NCBI GenBank assembly: GCA_964016885.1 | Contig: OZ024740.1 | Coordinates: 306,900,001-306,964,000 of the forward strand | Reading direction: 5' to 3' | Length of the DNA stretch: 64,000 bases | From: Eledone cirrhosa | Taxonomy: Eukaryota | Part shown: one piece after another, positions 54,884 through 64,000 of the stretch | How the letters are laid out: each line of letters begins with the position of its first letter | Position numbering within the stretch: position 1 is the stretch's first letter | Translations under genes and position numbers: made by a program | The notes under the pieces: model-generated | Told to the model about the DNA's origin: nothing | Databases searched by the model: none | The model's input: only the letters and a program-made list of their open reading frames with translations

Positions 54884-57800
54884 GTTGATGCTGTAAAGTG
54901 GCGCTGGTGTTAGGAAGGGCATCCAACCAGTGTATCAATACCAAAACGCTTAGCAGCACTGCAACAAATAGATAGGAACTACAACAAAATATGAAGACGT
55001 CGCATCTCAGAGTTGCAACAATTAATGTTTGCACTCTTAGAGGTAGATCTGCTGAAATAGCGGAGATGCTGGAGAGAAGGCATGTGGATGTGTAGTGCAT
55101 GCAAGAGGTGAGATGGAGAGGTGCCTCTGCGAGACAAGTCGTAGGCAAACATCTTAGCTATAAGCTTTTCTGGCTAGGTAAGAATGATGGGTTAGGGGGA
55201 GTAGGCATTTTCCCGGCTGAGAGATGGATCAATAAGACAATAGAGGTAGTTCGAGTTAGTAATCAAATAATTAAGCTTAGATTAGTTGTAGGCAGGAGAC
55301 TACTGACAATCATCTCTGCCTATGCTCCCCAAGCAGGCCTAGGCAAAGATGAGAAAGACTGCTTTTATGAGCAACTTTTGCAAACAAACCGGAATGACAG
55401 AGGACGGAGACATCATTATGCTAGCAGGAGACTTCAATAGTCATGTTGGACAGCTCCAGGATGGTTACACTGGGGTACATGGTGGGAACGGTTACGCCTC
55501 AAGAAATGAAGAAGGAGTGAGACTTCTTGAATTTTGTGATGCAAGTACACTGACTATTTGCAACACTAACTTCCATAAACCTGCCAATCACCTAATAACC
55601 TACAAATCTGGCGAGCACATAAGCCAGATTGACTTCTTACTAGTTAGGCAGTGGGACAGGCAGATAGTGTCTAATACCAAGGCATACCCTGGGGAAGAAT
55701 GTACCCCACGGCATAGGTTAGTCGTTAGTGATATCTCAGTAAGCAAGAGATGGAATGAGACATACAGGAAGGTGTGGAGAAGAAAGGCCTGGAAGCTAAA
55801 AGACCTTTCACTAAAATACAAATTTAGGAAAGCCCTTCAAGATGTATATGACGAAAAAGAAGACGATTTAGAGACGTATGACATAGATAATAACTGGAAT
55901 TTCTTACGTGACAACTTACTGCAGGCTACTGATGAAACTTGTGGCTGGAGCAGATCTCCAACCAGACAGAGAGTGACCTGGTGGTGGAACAGCACAGTAG
56001 ATAAGGCCATTAGAGACAAAAGACTAGCATGGAAGGCTTGGAAAAAGGGTGGGAGTAGGGAAGAATATACAGCCGCTAAGAGAGAAGCTAGACGTCAGGT
56101 GTACTTAGCACGCAGGGAGGATGAGAGTAGGAGGTTTGCCAATGTTCTGCGACGGGAAGATCAGAGGCGTGCGGTGTTCCACATTGCAAGGCAGTGTGTC
56201 AATGCAAATCAGGATGTTGTTGGAGATAAATGTGTCCGGAATGATGCCGGTGTACTATCAGAAAAGAAGGCCTGAAAATGTCATTATGAGAGACTGATGA
56301 ATGTGGAGAACGAATGGGAGAGAGAGAAATTACTCTTAGTAGATCCGACATATAGGGTCCAAGAGGGTCCAATATAGGGTCCAAGAGGCGATTAAGGAAA
56401 TGAAAAATGGTAAGGCTGCTGGACCATCGGGAATAGTTGCTGAGATGCTGAAGGCATCAGGGGACGTAGGCACTAAACTGGTTGCACTAATCAATCAGGC
56501 TATATATGGTGGTTTCATACCCAAAGACTGGTGCAGCAGTATTCTCATAAATTGCTACAAAGGTAAAGGGGATGCTCTGGAGAGGAGCAATTATAGGGGT
56601 ATAAAAGTGATGGATCAGGTTATGAAAGTGGCAGAAAGGATATAAGCACAATAATTAGAGAAAGGGTCACAACTAGATGAGATGCAGTTTGGTTTTGTGC
56701 CTGGGAAGAGTACAACAGATGCCCTCTTCTTGGTGAGACAATTGCAAGAGAGGTTCTTAGAGAAAAATAAGCCACTATACTTAGCCTTTGTTGGCCTAGA
56801 GAAGGTCTTTGATAGGGTACCCCGATCTGTCATCTGGTTGTCCCTAAGGAAACTAGGTGTTGAGGAATGGCTTGTGAGGACAATGCAAACTTTGTACAGA
56901 GGTACTCTCAGTAAAGTCAGGGTAGGAATGGAGTTTAGTGAGGAATTCCAGATACAAGTAGGAGTACATCAAGGTTCGGTCCTCAGCTCGCTCTTGTTCA
57001 TTATAGTCCTCCAAGCCATAACAGAGGAGTTTAAGACTGGCTGTCCATGGGAACTTCTCTATGCTGACGATCTGGTTCTTATAGCAGAATCAGTAGAAGA
57101 GCTAGAGAATAAATTCTGGTTATGGAAACAGCAGTTGGAAGCAAGAGGACTGAGAGTGAACCTAGCTAAGACAAAAGTGTTGATGAGTAAAAAAGAGGAC
57201 AAACTCTGATTCCATCAGGGAAATGGCCTTGTTCGATATGCAGAAAAGGAACTGGCATAAATTCTATAAAATGTACACAATGCAGATCCTGGGTACACAA
57301 CAGATGTAGTGGGATAGCAAGCAAACTAACAGGTAGGGAGAAATATGTATGCAGTAGATCTACAGGGAAATTAGACAGTAGAAGTCGCATTGATAGACAC
57401 ATTTTTCAAATGCAGGAGGGTGCTATAGAAGAGGTGGATAGCTTCCGGTACCTAGGAGATCAGATTAGCATGTGAGGGGGGTGTTCTGAGGCCATAGTAT
57501 CTAGAATAAGGATGGGTTGGAAGAGGTTTAGGGAGCTGCTTCCTCTGCTGACGAAGAAGGGTTTCTCCCTGTGTACGAAAGGCCGGTTATATGATGCCTG
57601 TGTGAGGAGAGCGATGCTGCATGGTAGTGAGACATGGGCAGCAATTGCAGAGGATATGCGACGGCTGGAGAGAAATGAGGCAAGCATGCTCTGTTGGATG
57701 TGCAGTGTAAATGTGCGTGAACGACCCAGCATGAATGTGTTGAGAGAAACTGTCTGAGAGGGATAGAATGTAGTGTACGGGAGAGGAGATTGAGGTGGTA

Positions 57801-58033
57801 TGGACATGTGATGCGCATGAAGGATGACCAATGGGTGAAGAAGTGCCAGGAAATGCCAGTTCAAGGAAGACGTGGTAGAGGTAGACCACGAAAAACATGT
57901 GCGGAGGTGGTGAGAACAGACCTCAGATCGTTGAAGCTCAGGGTGGAGATAACAAAGGACCGTGACAAGTGGAGACAAGCTGTGCTGAATAAGACCCCAG
58001 GGAAGAGCGGACGTAAAATGATGATGATGATGA
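54884..58033 (+). mobile_element. Older, near full-length RTE relative with many stops and frameshifts, (TGA)n tail
   Basis: [19 protein letters not shown] (ATG 54991), SAYAPQ, AGDFNSHVG, WELLYADD, cysteine-rich insert and DRDKWR. It ends GGACGTAAAATGATGATGA right after the ORF. Confidence 0.93.
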
Positions 58034-58222
58034 TATATATATATATATATATATATGATATGTATATATATCTATATATATATATATATGATATGTATAA
58101 CTATATATATATATATATGATATGTATATCTATATATATATATATATATGATATGTATATATATATATATGATATGTATATCTATATATATATATATATA
58201 TATATGATATATATATATATAT

Positions 58223-59823
58223 GAAAGCCTTCGACAGAGTCCCCCGTTCCATTATCTGGTGGGCTCTTAGAAAACTAGGTGTTGACGAATGGCTTGTGAG
58301 AGCTATACAAGCCATGTATAAAGAAACAGTCAGCAAGGTTAGAATTAACAACGAATATAGTGAAGAGTTTAGCGTAAAAGTTGGCGTCCATCAGGGCTCT
58401 GTTCTCAGCCCCCTCCTATTTATTATTGCCCTTCAGGCTATAACAGAGGAGTTCAAGACCGGTTGCCCATGGGAACTCCTATACGCAGACGACCTAACAC
58501 TCATAGCTGAATCAATGGCCGAGCTAGAGAAGAAATTCCAAACATGGAAGAACGGCCTAGAATCAAAAGGCCGTAAAATTAACCTGGCTAAGACCAAAGT
58601 TCGAGTTTGTAAGAAAGAAAATAAGGCGGCGGTCCCTTCCGGGAAGTGGCCATGCTCGGTGTGTAGGAAAGGCGTAGGTAGAAACTCCATTTTGTGTCAG
58701 AAATGCAAAGTATGGGTGCATAAAAGATGTAGTGGGATCACAGGTAAGCTAACTAAGAACATAGATTTCACATGTGGCCGGTGTTCTGGTGCAATAAGTA
58801 GCAGCAAGTGCCCAGAGAATACTAGCTCTTTCAACTGCGCAGAGGGCTCTATAGAAATAGTGGACAGCTTCCGTTACCTAGGTGACAAAATCAGCAGTGG
58901 GGGAGCATGCTCTGAAAGTACAGTAGCTAGAGTCAGAACTGGGTGGAAAAAGTTCAGAGAGCTTATACCACTATTAGCCGCTAAAGGGTTCTCCCTAAAA
59001 ATGAAAGGCAGGTTGTATGATGCCTGCATACGGACAGCAATGTTGCATGGCAGTGAGACCTGGGCATTGTGTGCAGAGGATATACGCAGACTAGAGAGGA
59101 ACGGAGCTTGCATGCTTCGCTGGATGTGTAATAGTAATATACGTGAACGGCAAAGCATAAACGAACTAAGGAAAAAATTAGAAATAAGAGAGATCAGATG
59201 TTGTTTACTCGAGAGAAGGCTACGTTGGTATGGACATGTGATGCGCATGAAAGACGACTGCTGTATAACAAAGTGCAGGGCAATAAAGATAGACGGTAGC
59301 CACGGAATAGGCAGACCTAGAAAAACCTGGGACGAGCTGATAAACTCCGACCTCACACACATACACCTCTCCAAGACAATGTCACTGGACCGAGACCTTT
59401 GGCGGTACTCAGTAATAGAGAAGACCCGCCTGACCTAAATACATAGTAAAACCTACTAGAGCCAGTAGGCATCTCTAACAAAATACAGCCCCGTCCCACC
59501 ATCCCACCCCAACCACACCACCCCCTCCTATGTAAAGTTATGTTGGTGCCACACCACCCAGGCCGAAACAAATGAGATCGTGTAGGTGTCACGACAAAAA
59601 AACACACAGTCCACGCTGTAATGTGGCCGTGTAGGCAACACGGTAAAAACCTCCCAGACCCACACTGTAAATGTGGTTGGTGTTAGGAAGGGCATCCAAC
59701 TGTAGAAAACCTGCCAGACAGTCCTATGCGAGAAAGACAATCACTCTTGCCTCAAGTGGGAAAACTCCAGTCCAAACCCATGCAAGCGTGGAACACGGAC
59801 GTTAAACGTTGATGATGATGATG

Positions 59824-59825
<2 letters not shown>
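58223..59825 (+). mobile_element. Young RTE copy 6, 5'-truncated in the RT
   Basis: KAFDRVPRS...EKTRLT* plus 3' UTR and (TGA)n. Confidence 0.97.
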
Positions 59826-59858
<33 letters not shown>

Positions 59859-59871
59859 CATATATATATAC

Positions 59872-59916
<45 letters not shown>

Positions 59917-59939
59917 TATATACATATATATATATACAT

Positions 59940-60041
59940 AGGCACATGGCTTAGTAGTTAGAGCATTGGCCTTGCAATCGAAAGGTTGTGAGTTCAATTC
60001 TCAGACCGAGTGATGTGTTGTTTCCTTGAGCAAGACACCTT
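59940..60041 (+). mobile_element. Short tRNA-derived SINE (family 2; head plus CORE-like start)
   Basis: A-box TGGCTTAGTAG, B-box GTTCAATTC, then CCTTGAGCAAGACAC. Two mismatches to the inverted copy at 63338-63441. Confidence 0.85.
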
Positions 60042-60074
60042 ATATATATATATATATGTATATATATATGTATA

Positions 60075-60105
<31 letters not shown>

Positions 60106-60109
60106 GTAT

Positions 60110-60141
<32 letters not shown>

Positions 60142-60145
60142 GTAT

Positions 60146-60193
<48 letters not shown>

Positions 60194-60194
60194 G

Positions 60195-60405
<211 letters not shown>

Positions 60406-60406
60406 G

Positions 60407-60453
<47 letters not shown>

Positions 60454-60454
60454 G

Positions 60455-60523
<69 letters not shown>

Positions 60524-60550
60524 GTATATACATATATATGTATATATATG

Positions 60551-60603
<53 letters not shown>

Positions 60604-60625
60604 GTATATATATGTATATATATAT

Positions 60626-60658
<33 letters not shown>

Positions 60659-60669
60659 TATATATATAC

Positions 60670-60752
<83 letters not shown>

Positions 60753-60790
60753 CATATATACATATATATATACATATACATATATATATT

Positions 60791-60975
<185 letters not shown>

Positions 60976-61108
60976 CATATATCTATATATATATACATAT
61001 ATATATACATATATACATATATATATACATATATACATATATATATACATATATACATATATATATACATATATACATATATATATACATATATACATAT
61101 ATATATAC

Positions 61109-61141
<33 letters not shown>

Positions 61142-61166
61142 CATACATATATATACATATATATAC

Positions 61167-61209
<43 letters not shown>

Positions 61210-61246
61210 TATATACACATATATATATACATATATATATATATAG

Positions 61247-61325
<79 letters not shown>

Positions 61326-61762
61326 CATATATATATACATATATACATATATATATACATATATACATATATATACATATACATATATATACATATATAT
61401 ACATATATATACATATATATATATACATATATATACATATATATATACATATATATACATATATATATACATATATATACATATATATATACATATATAT
61501 ACATATATATATACATATATATACATATATATATACATATACATACATATATATATACATATATATACATATATATATACATATATATACATATATATAT
61601 ATACATATATATATATACATATATATACATATATATATATACATATATATACATATATATACATATATATATATACATATATATACACATACATATATAT
61701 ACATATATATATACATATATATACATATATATATATATACATATATATATACATATATATAC

Positions 61763-61793
<31 letters not shown>

Positions 61794-61936
61794 CATATAT
61801 ATACATATATATACATATATATACATATATACATATATATACATATATATACATATATATATACATATATATACATATATATATACATATATATACATAT
61901 ATATACATATATATATACATATATATATATATATAC

Positions 61937-61974
<38 letters not shown>

Positions 61975-62012
61975 ATATACATATATATATATATATATAC
62001 ATATATATATAC

Positions 62013-62047
<35 letters not shown>

Positions 62048-62262
62048 CATATATATATACATATATATATATATATACACATATATATATACATATATAT
62101 ATATATATACATATATATATACATATATATATATATATACATATATATATACATATATATATACATATACATATATATATACATATACATATATATATAC
62201 ATATATATATACATATACATATATATATACATATACATATATATATACATATATATACATAT

Positions 62263-62862
62263 ATGGTGGCTGCCAACTCGTTTTCGAGTACGGCCACTAC
62301 TTTATATCCATGTAGGAGAACCCCTACCGAAGCGCTGAACGAGTGTGACTTTTTAGTCCAGCCAGCGACTTGAAAACTCTGGTACAAACACTACACTTGT
62401 GACAATTATTGACACATAGTGCTGGGCCCATGGTACCATGTGACGGCAAGTGCAGAGAGATCTCCAGATATAAAGCAATGCCTGTGCCGTGAAGGTTTTA
62501 TAGTGAGCAAAGGCACTGCACAAAGCCAGTCCCACTCTCTTAACCAAGATGATATTTACCAAAAAGAAGAACAAGTCAACATCATTGGATACCATCAGGG
62601 TTGCAGGTGTTATATCAGAGTTTTCCTTCTCCTAGAATTCTGCCTTGACAAAGGCTAAGGGGTCATCTCTCCCGGTGATTTTGGATGGCCATTGACTCTT
62701 AAGAGCTCCTTTGCCCTTTGACAGGTTTTGTTTTTAGTCCTGCAGGATGTCCAAAGTCACCCTCCTCACCAAGAAACCTTGGTGGGGTTGCCAGTTTAGT
62801 CGCCAACGACCCGACCATGAGACAGGTTGTACTGGGATACATGTTACCAGTAGCACCAACTG
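62263..62862 (-). mobile_element. Probable LINE 5'-UTR-type fragment in a TA array
   Basis: GC-richer island bounded by TA arrays. Minus-strand CTAGGAGAAGGAAAACTCTGA resembles RTE 5'-UTR motifs (from memory). No recognisable ORF. Confidence 0.4.
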
Positions 62863-62897
<35 letters not shown>

Positions 62898-62952
62898 CAT
62901 ATATATACATATATATACATATACATATATATATATATATAAATATATATAC

Positions 62953-62987
<35 letters not shown>

Positions 62988-63196
62988 CATATATATACAT
63001 ATATATACATATACATATATATATAAATATATATACATATATATATATATATATACATATATACATATATATAAATATATATACATATATACATATATAT
63101 ATATATACATATATATAAATATATATACATATATATAAATATATATACATATATATATATACATATATATATATACATATATATAAATATATATAC

Positions 63197-63227
<31 letters not shown>

Positions 63228-63300
63228 CATATATACATATATATAAATATATATACATATATATATATATATATACATACATATATATACATATATATAT

Positions 63301-63337
<37 letters not shown>

Positions 63338-63343
<6 letters not shown>

Positions 63344-63441
63344 GTCTTGCTCAAGGAAACAACACATCACTCGGTCTGAGAATTGAACTCACAACCTTTC
63401 GATTGCAAGGCCAATGCTCTAACCACTAAGCCATGTGCCTA
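63338..63441 (-). mobile_element. Short tRNA-derived SINE family 2
   Basis: Reverse complement of 59940-60041. Confidence 0.85.
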
Positions 63442-63479
63442 TATATATATATATGTATATATATATGTATATATATATG

Positions 63480-63510
<31 letters not shown>

Positions 63511-63524
63511 GTATATATATATGG

Positions 63525-63583
<59 letters not shown>

Positions 63584-63584
<1 letters not shown>

Positions 63585-64000
63585 CATCATCATCATCATC
63601 ATCATCAACGTTTAACGTCCGTGTTCCACGCTTGCATGGGTTTGGACGGGGGTAGTCCCACTTGAGGCAAGAGTGATTGTCTTGCTCGCATAGGACTGTC
63701 TGGCAGGTTTTCTACAGTTGGATGCCCTTCCTAACACCAACCACATTTACAGTGTGGGTCTGGGAGGTTTTTACCGTGTTGCCTACAAGGCCACATTGTG
63801 TGTTTTTTTGTCATGACACCTACACGATCTCATTTGTTTCGGCCTGGATGGCGCGGCACCAACATAACTTTACATAGAACGGGGTGATGGGGTGGGGGTG
63901 ATGGGGTGGGGGTGGGGTGGTGGGACGGGGTATATTTTGTTAGAGATGCCTACTGGCTGGAGTAGGTTTTACTATATATTTAGGTAAGGCGGGTCTTCTC
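63584..64000 (-). mobile_element. Young RTE copy 8 (3' end, runs off the window)
   Basis: (TCA)n, family 3' UTR and ORF end EKTRLT*. Confidence 0.95.

Noticed and set aside
59940-60015. tRNA-Cys-like gene (also 63365-63441, and heads at 19502 and 15423)
   Set aside because: The acceptor and anticodon stems pair poorly and the heads run into SINE bodies, so they are called as SINEs.

Overview
AT-rich metazoan genomic DNA, most likely octopus/cephalopod (inferred from the SINE types, RTE families and huge TA arrays; no database check was possible). No host protein-coding gene can be identified with confidence. The window has two regimes. From 1 to about 26.3 kb it looks intronic or intergenic, with old repeats: a mariner relic with TIRs, a non-autonomous Helitron nested in a decayed RTE LINE, five tRNA-SINEs whose clear TSDs all start ATTA, and TTAA MITEs. 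It also has a CpG-enriched promoter-like region near 24.8-26.1 kb and a possible minus-strand spliced transcript that includes a 13-nt microexon. From about 26.4 kb to 64 kb it is a nest of mostly young retroelements, each sitting in a (TA)n/(TATG)n array. The nest holds 8 copies of one RTE family, one of which has an uninterrupted 1092-codon APE-RT ORF with a PHD-type zinc finger inside the RT region. It also holds an older RTE relative, a BovB-like RTE, a CR1-like LINE, two Penelope-like (GIY-YIG) elements and short SINEs. Five readable type I hammerhead ribozyme motifs and two degenerate ones lie in the Penelope-type termini. Best candidates for novelty: the shared TA-microsatellite retroelement niche; the hammerhead set, including two with a U.U helix II closure; the PHD-in-RT RTE with a chimeric 3' UTR; and a 27-bp array whose unit joins 17 bp of upstream flank to 10 bp of downstream leader.
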